The position numbers were made by a program, and so were the translations under genes. Shown here piece by piece: positions 29,413 to 38,844 of a DNA stretch of 64,000 nt; position 1 is the first letter of the stretch, and the number at the start of each line of letters is the position of its first letter. The stretch is from Bdellovibrio sp. (GTDB taxonomy: Bacteria > Bdellovibrionota > Bdellovibrionia > Bdellovibrionales > Bdellovibrionaceae): assembly GCA_036677065.1 (NCBI GenBank), contig JAKFBS010000001.1, forward strand, positions 352,001 to 416,000. Reading direction: 5' to 3'. The notes beneath the pieces were generated by a model. The model was not told the DNA's origin. It was given only the letters and a program-made list of their open reading frames with translations, and ran no database searches.

Positions 29413-30720
29413 TTAAAAATGGTGTTGAAGAAAAAAAGCTAAACCATCATTGGTTGGAATGGGCATCCACTTCAGTTCTGCTTGCGGATTGGTGTGCGCC
29501 AGATAACTTGCGCGTGCCCAGAACACGCCCAATGTAATGCCTGAAGTAATATCACTGATCCAGTGCGCACTTTCTTTGATGCGTGAAATTGAAATTCCAG
29601 TAGCGACAATATATGCAGGAATTCCGGCCTGCCAGCCGTAAGCGTAGGCCAGAGATCCTGCAGTAGCAAAGGCTGACGAGGCATGGCCTGAAGGGTACGA
29701 AGAGGGAAAAGGCAAATAATCACCGCGGCCATCGGGGCGTTCGCGTTGAAAAATATAAGCAAGACTTACATGACTTAAAGTCGTTAGCGCTAAGGCTCTG
29801 GCATGCATTAAGCCATTGGGCTGATCCCAGATAATCTGTGCGACAGCGATGCCGACACCGAAAGCACCATTGCCAATTCTGGCAAAATCACTGGCGGTAT
29901 TTGCATCTATTAAAAGTTCATGGCCATTTCGATTGTGCTCAACGACTTTGCCATCGTATTGATGGGCAGCAATGGTGGTGAGCCCGCCAATACCTAAAAT
30001 TAGAATTCCGCTTTGATCAAAACTATTTTGGATGGTGGGTTTAAATTGGTCTTCCCATAACCACGGAAAAAATGGTTTACCTTGCGTCGGATCTTCATAG
30101 CTGAATCCAGATTGTGAGAAAATAATTAAGCCTATAAAAACAAAGCGGCTTAAATAAACTGTTTTGCCTGCGCGAATTTTATTTATGAGAAAAAAAGCAA
30201 GCCAGGCTAAAATGATTCCTAAAATGGCTCCGACTATGACATCACTTGGGTAATGTACGCCACAATAAACACGTGAATACGCTGTCAGTGTAGCGAGTAT
30301 AAAAAATAACCAGCGTAATTTTGGAAAATAAAAACTTAAAAACGTGGCGATAAAAAATCCATCGACGGCATGCCCTGATGGAAACGATAACCCACCTTGC
30401 GGATCGCCGCGAAAAATCACATCAAAGGGTAAATTTTCGGTGATAAATGGCCGCGGACGGCCAAACACAGGTTTTACAATTCGAACAAATTGATCAAGAA
30501 CGGCAGTCATAACAACGGCACTGATGACGAGTGCTAAGCCTTTACCGCGCGCTTTCCAGTAGGTGTACATCAATAAAAGCGGAGCCACAAGGTACAAAAA
30601 AACCTGCAGTTTATGAAAGTTTGTCCAGATCGGAAAAAAAGCATCAAACCAAGAATTCGCCAAGGTTGTATTGATCAGATAAAATATTGAGTGGTCTAAC
30701 CCGAGTAATGTTTCAGTCAT
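29413..30720 (-). CDS. Double-PAP2 phosphatase (two domains in one ORF)
   Basis: Domain 1 KPVFGRPRP/FPSGH/SRVYCGVHYPSD; domain 2 RERP/YPSGH/SRIKESAHWISD. Confidence 0.85.
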   Translation of the reverse strand: MTETLLGLDHSIFYLINTTLANSWFDAFFPIWTNFHKLQVFLYLVAPLLLMYTYWKARGKGLALVISAVVMTAVLDQFVRIVKPVFGRPRPFITENLPFDVIFRGDPQGGLSFPSGHAVDGFFIATFLSFYFPKLRWLFFILATLTAYSRVYCGVHYPSDVIVGAILGIILAWLAFFLINKIRAGKTVYLSRFVFIGLIIFSQSGFSYEDPTQGKPFFPWLWEDQFKPTIQNSFDQSGILILGIGGLTTIAAHQYDGKVVEHNRNGHELLIDANTASDFARIGNGAFGVGIAVAQIIWDQPNGLMHARALALTTLSHVSLAYIFQRERPDGRGDYLPFPSSYPSGHASSAFATAGSLAYAYGWQAGIPAYIVATGISISRIKESAHWISDITSGITLGVFWARASYLAHTNPQAELKWMPIPTNDGLAFFLQHHF

Positions 30721-31361
30721 TAAAAAAGAAGTACTCCTATAGTAAATTGCAAACTGTAGATCGTAGAATTATCATTCACTGACTGGCTTGAAATCGCAAT
30801 AGGATACTGGCCGTCGATGGCCACATCATCGCGATGTTTGATTTGCTGGGCGGTGCCGTTAAGTTCGATAAACCAAATTTTTCCAGCTTCAGTTTTGTTA
30901 GTTTTACCAAAACCTAAACCCAGAGCTGGGCCATCCATATGCAGTCTACGCGTGTTATTGTCGTTGATCTCAGGTTGATCTTTGCCCAGCACCACAACTA
31001 AAACTCCAGCTCCGGCAAAGGCGCGAAAATAGTAATTTTCAAGGCGATAACGTAGTCCAAGTGTAAGAAGTGTATCCCAAATTAAATCACCATTAAGACG
31101 ATTAAATTTTACACTGGCACTTGATTCAAGGGCCCAGTCATGATGAAAGTACCAACCGACATCAGTTTTTAAATTAATGCCTAAGCCTAAATAATTTCTG
31201 CGCGTGTTTGAATGATAATTTGATGAATTTACTCCAGCACCGACAAAAATATGCAAACCTTCGCTCCAATCATCTGTTAAAAATTCTTCTTCAGTATCAA
31301 AGAGCTGCGCGCTGGCGATTATCGGTAGAAAAAAAATAAAAAGAAAAATTAATCTCTTCAT
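30720..31361 (-). CDS. Small outer-membrane beta-barrel protein
   Basis: Signal peptide, alternating amphipathic strands, C-terminal ...LQFTIGVLLF. Confidence 0.7.
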   Translation of the reverse strand: MKRLIFLFIFFLPIIASAQLFDTEEEFLTDDWSEGLHIFVGAGVNSSNYHSNTRRNYLGLGINLKTDVGWYFHHDWALESSASVKFNRLNGDLIWDTLLTLGLRYRLENYYFRAFAGAGVLVVVLGKDQPEINDNNTRRLHMDGPALGLGFGKTNKTEAGKIWFIELNGTAQQIKHRDDVAIDGQYPIAISSQSVNDNSTIYSLQFTIGVLLF

Positions 31362-32017
31362 TCAAATTCCCACTGCAACATAAGACTTATTTTGTTTTTT
31401 TCTGGAACGACATAACCAAAAATCGTATTGGTCGCAGGTAATAGCGGAAACGGATTTAAAATATAGCCCACAAGATCACCAATCCATGTGTCGGTGTCAT
31501 GCAGGTAGATTGATAATTTTTCTACACCAACACCCAATACAGTTCCAAACACCGGTGTTTGATACAGGTCTTGATAACTGGGTCTTTCGGTAACGGTTTC
31601 AATGGTAAACTCAAAAGCAAATGATGAAATAACCGACCAAAGAAATGCGTTTTGTTCGGTGTAGTTTCTGGAGCGATAAAAAAGATAATAATATTGGCCG
31701 GCGATCGTGTGGCGAATTAAATTATATTCGAAGCTATCGCGGTCGTAATGGGGATTAATCGAATTTTTGTGCCAGTTTTTAAATGAGCCGTATTTTTCGA
31801 TCTCGTCGTCATGGGCTATTAAATAATATGTCCACTGCGCAGCATACACAGCAGCAAAATTAATCATCTTTTCTTTAGAATTGATTCTGGCGGTACCCGA
31901 TACCGGAGAGTCATTCTGGGCGCAGGCTAGGGCAGAATAACAGGTTATTAAAATGAAAAGGCACAGGGCTTTTATCATATAAATTTTCGGTAAAGTTTTG
32001 GTAAAAGTGCAAAACAA
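31358..32017 (-). CDS. DUF3943-like protein
   Basis: D.D.F..N...H...G..YY...R, FEF..E...E.PS..DL..TP..G pattern; start may be ATG 31978. Confidence 0.75.
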   Translation of the reverse strand: MFCTFTKTLPKIYMIKALCLFILITCYSALACAQNDSPVSGTARINSKEKMINFAAVYAAQWTYYLIAHDDEIEKYGSFKNWHKNSINPHYDRDSFEYNLIRHTIAGQYYYLFYRSRNYTEQNAFLWSVISSFAFEFTIETVTERPSYQDLYQTPVFGTVLGVGVEKLSIYLHDTDTWIGDLVGYILNPFPLLPATNTIFGYVVPEKNKISLMLQWEFE

Positions 32018-32082
32018 GGTCCAACGTCAATTATTTTGACACCCAAAATCGGTCTAAACGCCTCCTAACCGCCAGCTAAACT

Positions 32083-32098
32083 TGGTCTACGTTTCGCT
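32083..32098 (+). promoter_or_regulatory. Putative sigma54 -24/-12 promoter
   Basis: TGGTCTACGTTTCGCT (GG-N10-GC) upstream of 32134. Confidence 0.45.
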
Positions 32099-32133
32099 AT
32101 ACAAAAATTAATAGAATAACAAAGGTTGGATAT

Positions 32134-32691
32134 ATGAAAAAATTTATGGCGGTCGTATTAGGTTTGATAGCTTTTTCTCAAAGCACCTTTGCAGCCCCTT
32201 ATTATACAGGCATCGGCTGTAATGCAGAAGGCACTGCATGTACTTTCGGAAAACCTTCAAAGCGCGTTTTAAATTGGTCTAAAAAAGGAACGATCGCAGA
32301 GCTTGGCGCAAAGTGTGAGAAATTTTTAGAAAATATTGAAACCCGTAAAAATGTGATCGCGCAAAATCAACCAGTTGTTTTGCAATACAAAAATTTTCAC
32401 TCTTCTTGGTCTTCTGAATCAGAACCAACCGGCCAAGCTAAAATTATTTGTAAAGTTGAAATTCATTCTGAATTAGAAAATGTAAAAATCATTTCTAAAA
32501 CTTATAAAAGTATGAACTGGGTTTGTGACAACGAACAACAAGCTGGAATTTGCAAACACTACATGCGTGAATGTGAAGCGGCTCGTGATCAAGCTTTACA
32601 AGATAGCCGTGTTTTAGACGCAACGATCTATTTGGGTAGTTCATTAGCACAAGGTCAAATTTGTTACGTGGCGGCAGCTACTTTTAAATAA
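32134..32691 (+). CDS. Secreted Cys-rich hypothetical protein
   Basis: Signal peptide MKKFMAVVLGLIAFSQSTFA; 8 Cys. Confidence 0.75.
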   Translation: MKKFMAVVLGLIAFSQSTFAAPYYTGIGCNAEGTACTFGKPSKRVLNWSKKGTIAELGAKCEKFLENIETRKNVIAQNQPVVLQYKNFHSSWSSESEPTGQAKIICKVEIHSELENVKIISKTYKSMNWVCDNEQQAGICKHYMRECEAARDQALQDSRVLDATIYLGSSLAQGQICYVAAATFK

Positions 32692-32701
32692 GGCCTAAAA
32701 A

Positions 32702-32729
32702 CATAAGCTAGACCTAGGTCTAGCTTATG
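32702..32729. repeat. Perfect 28-bp palindrome
   Basis: CATAAGCTAGACCT|AGGTCTAGCTTATG, 10 nt after the stop of 32134-32691. Confidence 0.9.
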
Positions 32730-32814
32730 GCTGTCCTAAGTTTTTCTAATTTCGTTTATCAACACATTTTTGTTAGCGTTTTATCAACAGCTAAGTTCCA
32801 CGGAAGGAATAAAA

Positions 32815-33774
32815 ATGTTGAAAAACATCACCAGCGTTTTTCTGATCTTGTTATCGAGTTCTCTAGTTTATGGGTGGGGATCTAAAGGTCATCAAATTGT
32901 CGCCTATGTGGGAGCTAACCTTACAACAGACGGCCAGGCTTTTTGGCAGGCGAATCTTGAACCACTTAGAAAATTAACAACTGTTCCTGATCGTGTGTGG
33001 AAGGCTCCAGCGACTAAAGCTGGCGAAGCCAACACACATTGGTTTCAAGTTGACGCTTATTATCAACCTGCCGATTATAACCAAATTATTCATTTTCCAA
33101 GCAGCTATTCAGATGCGATCACTAAATACGGCGCAAGCATGATTGAAATTAATGGCGTAGCGCCGTGGCGAATTCGTCAGTTATATCAATTGGCTTTTTA
33201 TAGTTTTTTGCAAGGTGATATGAAAAGTGCTTTAGAGTATGTCGGAGTCATGACCCATTATATTGGTGATTTATCTCAGCCTTTACATGTTACCGAAAAT
33301 TATGACGGCCAACAAAGTGGCAACAAAGGAATTCATTCTTACTTTGAAACCACAGTTATTAAAGATGAAATGAAAGTTCGCGCAGATGTTGAAAAAAAGG
33401 CGCAACGTCTGTTAACTGACGCCGGTTTTTTAAGTCAGTTTAATGGTAATCTGATGGATGCGATTTTATTAGAAGTCGAAAGATCAGTTTCTTTTCGTGA
33501 TCAAATTCTGCAAAACGATGATAAATACGGTCGCAGCAAAAATGGTGCAAGTATTCAATTAGAATTAGCTAAAGATCGCATGGCTGATGCGGCAGCAACG
33601 ACCGCGATGATTTTAAATCAGTTATGGCGTGATACTGGTCTTGTGGCCCAGGCCACACCGATGACGATTCAAGATCCGAAATGGGTGCAGCCTGATTTTA
33701 ATAATTTACCAGAAGAGCGTATGACACCTATTCACCAGAGATTTTTATCTGATGAAGAAGATTGTTCACTTTAA
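32815..33774 (+). CDS. Secreted S1/P1 nuclease (Zn-dependent PLC/nuclease fold)
   Basis: Mature N-terminus WGSKGH, HYIGDLSQPLH, GIHSYFE. Confidence 0.88.
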   Translation: MLKNITSVFLILLSSSLVYGWGSKGHQIVAYVGANLTTDGQAFWQANLEPLRKLTTVPDRVWKAPATKAGEANTHWFQVDAYYQPADYNQIIHFPSSYSDAITKYGASMIEINGVAPWRIRQLYQLAFYSFLQGDMKSALEYVGVMTHYIGDLSQPLHVTENYDGQQSGNKGIHSYFETTVIKDEMKVRADVEKKAQRLLTDAGFLSQFNGNLMDAILLEVERSVSFRDQILQNDDKYGRSKNGASIQLELAKDRMADAAATTAMILNQLWRDTGLVAQATPMTIQDPKWVQPDFNNLPEERMTPIHQRFLSDEEDCSL

Positions 33775-35342
33775 TTCGCAGGCTGGATAGTTGGCCCGAT
33801 TTCACCTTCGGCCTGTTTTATGCCGTCGTGTGAATGTGTAAAATGCCCTGAATACCATAAAACTAAATTTTGATCTGTTAAGCTTTCTCTATCTACAAAA
33901 CTGTTCAGTGCTGCACGAGTTGATGTGCGAATGCGGTTATCATCAATTTCATTAGGCTTATAACGAAGTAACCAAGCATCCGCGACACCGTAATAGTCGG
34001 CCTGACTATCCTGATCACCCGGAATAATATCATAAGCATCATCTTCTGAACTAGTGATGCGCCAGAATTGATTGTTCAGATTTTTTTTAAACATCACTTC
34101 TTGGTTTACCGGTCTGAACGTTTCACCATCTGACACCTGGGCAGAATTGGGGATTCCGCCGACATCAAAATCAAAACGCCAATAGACGTGATGGTGATGG
34201 GTGTAACAGACGCAAGAATTTCTGACTGCTGAAAATTGAAATATCGGTTTAATCTCGCCATTATTGTAAAGTTCAAATTTGCTGGCGTAGCGGTACCAGC
34301 CTGCCGAGATCTCTGTGACTAAAGTTACTTTTTCTTCGGTTTGATAAATGGCCACACCGCGAAAGTTTCCGCGGTCGTTGCCGGTATCAAAAATAGTGGT
34401 CGGCGGCTGAGTGGTAATACGAATTCCCGGAGCTTGGTCACTGCCGACAGCCTTAAAATAATTTTCAGCATAAGCCCAGTCACGGTAAGGGCCGCACATA
34501 TCACCCGAGTATTGCACATTTAAAATTGGAGTATGCGCGCGAGTTAAAATTAATTTTCCTTTATAATAAACATTTTTGATTTCTAAACCTGAGCCCTTAC
34601 TTCCTGACGAAGCTGACGGGCGAACCACGACGAAATTCCATAGCGGGCCATCCTCATTTGAAATATTAATTTCAGCAGATCCTGCACGGCCTTTACCTGT
34701 TACCGACTGCCCGGCATTTGGTAAACCACAAACTGCTTCAGTAGCTAGCGAAGTAGGCGGAGCTTTTTCAGGAAAGCGCATCACGGTTAACGTGCTTAGG
34801 TTCACACCGACAATTTCATGAATCGTAGGATCATTTTTCGAAGCAATACCAACCCCAATTACACGAGGCCCACCAAAACCACGAAGCATTTCAACCGTAG
34901 AAACTGTGCTAGGCATGGGCTCATAAGTAAATAATTCTCTGCTGATTAAGCCATTTGAAAATTCTGAATCCTGCAGCAATAGATTAACAGCTTCTTCGAA
35001 TTCTTCAGGAGTGGCGGGCACATCTTCAATAGTGGGTTGTATTTTTGGTGCAATTGTAAAATCAATTGGGCCGGTTAAGCGCAACATTGTTAAATCAGTG
35101 TAATTAAAGATGCGCACTTCATAATCAAGCCCTGATGATAAGGCCCGTTCGCTGAGTTCAGTTGTAACTAGTCGATAATCTTTTTGATCGAGTATTTTTA
35201 TGACGTCAGGATGGGCTAAAAGTTTTTCAACTACTTTTGAGCGATCTTCATCGGTTGGTCCAATTTGCCTCGCCGTTATTTTTGCCGTGTCAGCGTGAGA
35301 AAAAATTCCACAAAACAAAGTAGCAAAAAAAAATTTAAACAT
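33771..35342 (-). CDS. Secreted copper amine oxidase-like protein
   Basis: AGWYRY...NNGEI, HHHHVYWRFDFDV, LVLWY..H.TH align with CuAO NYDY...NG.I / HQH..RLDLDV / VVW...H. Confidence 0.6.
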   Translation of the reverse strand: MFKFFFATLFCGIFSHADTAKITARQIGPTDEDRSKVVEKLLAHPDVIKILDQKDYRLVTTELSERALSSGLDYEVRIFNYTDLTMLRLTGPIDFTIAPKIQPTIEDVPATPEEFEEAVNLLLQDSEFSNGLISRELFTYEPMPSTVSTVEMLRGFGGPRVIGVGIASKNDPTIHEIVGVNLSTLTVMRFPEKAPPTSLATEAVCGLPNAGQSVTGKGRAGSAEINISNEDGPLWNFVVVRPSASSGSKGSGLEIKNVYYKGKLILTRAHTPILNVQYSGDMCGPYRDWAYAENYFKAVGSDQAPGIRITTQPPTTIFDTGNDRGNFRGVAIYQTEEKVTLVTEISAGWYRYASKFELYNNGEIKPIFQFSAVRNSCVCYTHHHHVYWRFDFDVGGIPNSAQVSDGETFRPVNQEVMFKKNLNNQFWRITSSEDDAYDIIPGDQDSQADYYGVADAWLLRYKPNEIDDNRIRTSTRAALNSFVDRESLTDQNLVLWYSGHFTHSHDGIKQAEGEIGPTIQPAN

Positions 35343-35377
35343 GAATTATCCTTTGTGAGTTCGAAAAGAGCTAAAAA

Positions 35378-35393
35378 AGCAAAGCCAGTGCCA
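35378..35393 (-). promoter_or_regulatory. Sigma54 -24/-12 promoter
   Basis: TGGCACTGGCTTTGCT, a consensus match, 35 nt upstream of ATG 35342. Confidence 0.7.
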
Positions 35394-35401
35394 TTGATAC
35401 G

Positions 35402-37279
35402 TTAGTGGTCTAAAGGATATTCTGCAGGAGGTTTGGCCACACGCGCATGACCATGTTTTTTCCAGAGATCCATCAAGTCGTGTTCATTTAAGGTTTCTGA
35501 AACTTGTAAAATTTTAACCGCTTCAATAATAAAGGTTTTATTTCGCGTTAAAGTTTCAGTGGCGCGCGAGAAACAATGATCGAGAATAGCGCGTATTTCC
35601 TGATCCACATCCGATGCGGTGCGATCACTTAACAGTTTTCCACCAGCTTCATAAGGGTTTTGCAAATAGGGAGAACGTTTGTTTTCTAAAGTGACCATGC
35701 CAATTTTTTCGCTCATTCCAAATTGAGTAACCATAGCGCGTGCTAAATCAGTAGCTTTGGCTAAATCATCACTGGCGCCGGTAGATATTTTTTCGCAAAA
35801 AATAGCTTCAGAACATCGGCCCCCTAAAAGAACAGCGATCTTATCAAAGAGCTCGTCTTCATCTAACACATAACGATCTTCGGTAGGGCGCTGAATGGTG
35901 TAACCTAAAGCACCCATACCACGGGGAATAACACTGACTTTATGCACTTTATCTGTCGTGCTCAATGCCAGCGCGACTGTCGCATGACCCATTTCATGAT
36001 AGGCAATGCGCCGTTTTTCTTTCTCGTTCATGACTTTGCCTTTTTTTTCTAAACCGGCGACCAGGCGTTCAATCGCTTGAGTAAAATCATCTTCAACGAC
36101 GAAGTCTGCATTTCTTCTGGTTGCAACGATAGCAGCTTCATTTACTAAATTGGCTAAGTCTGCTCCTGAAAATCCAGAAGTGAGCGAGGCTATATGATTT
36201 AAATCAATATTTGGATCAAGAGTGATGCGCTTGACATGCACTTTCAAAATTTGTAAACGCCCGACTTGATCAGGTGCACTTAATAAAATCTGGCGATCAA
36301 AGCGACCGGCGCGCAGCAAAGCAGGATCTAAAATTTCAGGACGATTTGTGGCGGCAATCATAATCACACCTTCAGAACTATCAAAGCCATCCATTTCGGC
36401 TAAGAGCTGATTCAGTGTTTGTTCTTTTTCGTCGTTACCCCCGCCACCGATCACGCCAAAAGCGCGCGATTTTCCTAAGGCGTCAATTTCATCAATGAAT
36501 AATAAACACGGGGCTTGGGCTCGGGCTTGTTCGAATAAATCCCGTACCCGCGCAGCACCAAGGCCAACAAACATTTCGACAAACTCTGAACCGTTAATAG
36601 AAAAAAAAGTGACTTTAGCTTCACCGGCAACAGCACGGGCTAATAAAGTTTTTCCAGTTCCTGGCGGGCCAACTATTAAAACCCCTTTCGGGGCACGGCC
36701 ACCCAGGCGACTGTAGCGTGAGGGATCTTGTAAGAAATTAACGATTTCAGCTAATTCATCTTTGGCTTCATCAACACCGGCCACGTCAGAAAAAGTAGTC
36801 TTGATCCCTTTTTCCATGTAAATTTTTGCGCGTGATTTGGTTAAAGATAAAATACCACCTGCGCCGCGGCCCATTCCGCGGGCAGCAATACTAAATAAAA
36901 AATAGATGAATAAAATTGGAATCAGCCACGCAAACGCGATTCGCCAAAATGGATCTTTGAATTCACTGCGAAAGGTTACATTATTATCATGCAGCCGCTG
37001 CACTAGATTTTCATCCGGCGCTAAATTGGTTGTAAAAATTTTGGCATTATTCGGATCAGCATTTTTAATTTCACCGCGCACCGAGGATTCGGTGATGACG
37101 ATATTGTTAATTTCATTTTTATCTAAGAGCTGTAGAAATTCGCTGTAGGGGATAGTTTCTGCGCGTGAGCGAAAGAGATAACTATTAAAAACAATGATGC
37201 CCAGTAAAACCATAAACATCACGCCAAAATTCATTTTGTTATCGACTAATTTGTTGGGTTTTGGTTGGTCGTCTTGCAT
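35402..37279 (-). CDS. ftsH: ATP-dependent zinc metalloprotease FtsH
   Basis: 2 [46 protein letters not shown]. Confidence 0.95.
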   Translation of the reverse strand: MQDDQPKPNKLVDNKMNFGVMFMVLLGIIVFNSYLFRSRAETIPYSEFLQLLDKNEINNIVITESSVRGEIKNADPNNAKIFTTNLAPDENLVQRLHDNNVTFRSEFKDPFWRIAFAWLIPILFIYFLFSIAARGMGRGAGGILSLTKSRAKIYMEKGIKTTFSDVAGVDEAKDELAEIVNFLQDPSRYSRLGGRAPKGVLIVGPPGTGKTLLARAVAGEAKVTFFSINGSEFVEMFVGLGAARVRDLFEQARAQAPCLLFIDEIDALGKSRAFGVIGGGGNDEKEQTLNQLLAEMDGFDSSEGVIMIAATNRPEILDPALLRAGRFDRQILLSAPDQVGRLQILKVHVKRITLDPNIDLNHIASLTSGFSGADLANLVNEAAIVATRRNADFVVEDDFTQAIERLVAGLEKKGKVMNEKEKRRIAYHEMGHATVALALSTTDKVHKVSVIPRGMGALGYTIQRPTEDRYVLDEDELFDKIAVLLGGRCSEAIFCEKISTGASDDLAKATDLARAMVTQFGMSEKIGMVTLENKRSPYLQNPYEAGGKLLSDRTASDVDQEIRAILDHCFSRATETLTRNKTFIIEAVKILQVSETLNEHDLMDLWKKHGHARVAKPPAEYPLDH

Positions 37280-37450
37280 GCAAAAAAACTAAAGGTTCAA
37301 ATTCTATTCCATCAGCGCAGGCGATAAGGGCCAGTACATCCAGTAAGCGAGGCAACTTAGTTTAAACTAAACTAAGTCTTGAGACATTTTAAGACAAATA
37401 AAATCATGTTTGGTTGACCAAACCCCCGTCGACGCGTGTAGGATTAGCCA

Positions 37451-38092
37451 GTGTCGTCAATTAATCATTTTCCTACTTTTCATTATTCACAACCCAGTGA
37501 ATACCATTTCAGTCATGATTCGGTATTTTTGGCCCGCGAAGTTTATGAGCGTCATGGTGATCAATTAGCCAAAGACGGGATTAAGATTCTGGACCTGTGC
37601 GCTGGTTGCGGGATTGTCGGTATGGATTTACTGTTTCATCAACTTAAAGAAAAAACTTTTGCTGGCGAAATTGATTTTTTAGAAATTCAATCTGTTTATG
37701 AAGCTCACTGGGCAAAAAATAAAGAAATTATGCAGGGGTATTTTCCGCAAAGCCCACTTAATTTTAATTTCATTCTGCAAAATTATGCGGAAGTTACTTC
37801 GCCTAAAAAATATGATTTCATTTTATCGAACCCACCGTATTTTCTAATTGGGCAGGGTGTAAAATCGCCGAGCGAGTTTAAAAATCGTTGCCGCTTTTTT
37901 ATGGATGCTGATTGGCAGGCGATGTTGTGTTTTATGCAGGCTTCGCTAAAACCTGAAGGTCAGGCTTATTTCTTGGTGCGCGATGAACTTAAAGATATTA
38001 TCTGCCGTCAGCCAGCCAGCGAAGTGACTTTTCCTTTCAAAGTGCGCACGGCCTGGGTTGCGCACATGAAAAAATTGTCGTCTATAGACTAA
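37451..38092 (+). CDS. N6-adenine methyltransferase, TrmN6/YfiC-like
   Basis: Q...Y.FS.DSVFLA, LDLCAGCG, NPPY; GTG start uncertain. Confidence 0.7.
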   Translation: MSSINHFPTFHYSQPSEYHFSHDSVFLAREVYERHGDQLAKDGIKILDLCAGCGIVGMDLLFHQLKEKTFAGEIDFLEIQSVYEAHWAKNKEIMQGYFPQSPLNFNFILQNYAEVTSPKKYDFILSNPPYFLIGQGVKSPSEFKNRCRFFMDADWQAMLCFMQASLKPEGQAYFLVRDELKDIICRQPASEVTFPFKVRTAWVAHMKKLSSID

Positions 38093-38202
38093 AAGCTTTT
38101 TTAGCTGGGCGCGTCCACAAATTCAAGAATTGAGCGTCAGGAATTTCTTTAATTTCGTAGCCTACCGGAAGCTTGTATTTTAAACTCATTACCAAAGTAT
38201 AT

Positions 38203-38844
38203 ATGAGTCAAAAAAGCGCCGTCAGTAAAATTAATAGTCGCGGAGCCTTATTAGTGTTTCCGATCAATAATAAAAAAGAACCAGCTTCTTTGTGGTCAGA
38301 GTTTTACCCAAAATCTAAAATGCGCTGGGAGTGGGATTCTGACGGCGATGACCGTGTCGGTAAACTTTGGACATTAATGAAAAAACTTTCGCATAGCCGC
38401 GAAGTCGTCTATTCAAAGTGGTATCAGGGCAGGGCCACGTTTTTTTCGCGTAAGTTGTTTACAGCATTATTGTGTAAGTCTTTACAGGATTTCGATGAAC
38501 CACATCTGTCTCATACGGCAAAAAACTTATTAGACGCCTTAGAAAGTGATTCGCCACTTTCGACTAAGCAATTAAAACAAATCACCGAACTACGTGGTAA
38601 AGATAACGAGCGCTTCTATAATCGGGGAATGAAAGAGTTATTCTCGAAATTTCTGATTGTCGCTTATGGCGAAGTGGATGATGGAGCTTTTCCATCGTTA
38701 GCCGTGGGTGCGACTAAAAATTTATACGAAGACCTGTTAAACGATGCGCGCGCGATGCGGGTAGCAGAGGCTGATAAAATCATCGAACAGTATTTGCCTG
38801 AAGGAAATTTGTTTCGTAAACAATTAGATAAGAGAGCAAAATGA
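38203..38844 (+). CDS. Winged-helix / AlkZ-related hypothetical protein
   Basis: W.W...VYSKW..G.ATF.S and LE..SPLSTKQLK helix pattern recalled from AlkZ-related proteins; family call tentative. Confidence 0.45.
   Translation: MSQKSAVSKINSRGALLVFPINNKKEPASLWSEFYPKSKMRWEWDSDGDDRVGKLWTLMKKLSHSREVVYSKWYQGRATFFSRKLFTALLCKSLQDFDEPHLSHTAKNLLDALESDSPLSTKQLKQITELRGKDNERFYNRGMKELFSKFLIVAYGEVDDGAFPSLAVGATKNLYEDLLNDARAMRVAEADKIIEQYLPEGNLFRKQLDKRAK

Noticed and set aside
37451..38092. NPPY methyltransferase as a restriction-modification DNA methylase
   Set aside because: N-terminal Q...Y.FS.DS..LA and the motif order fit TrmN6-like small RNA methyltransferases; no endonuclease adjacent.
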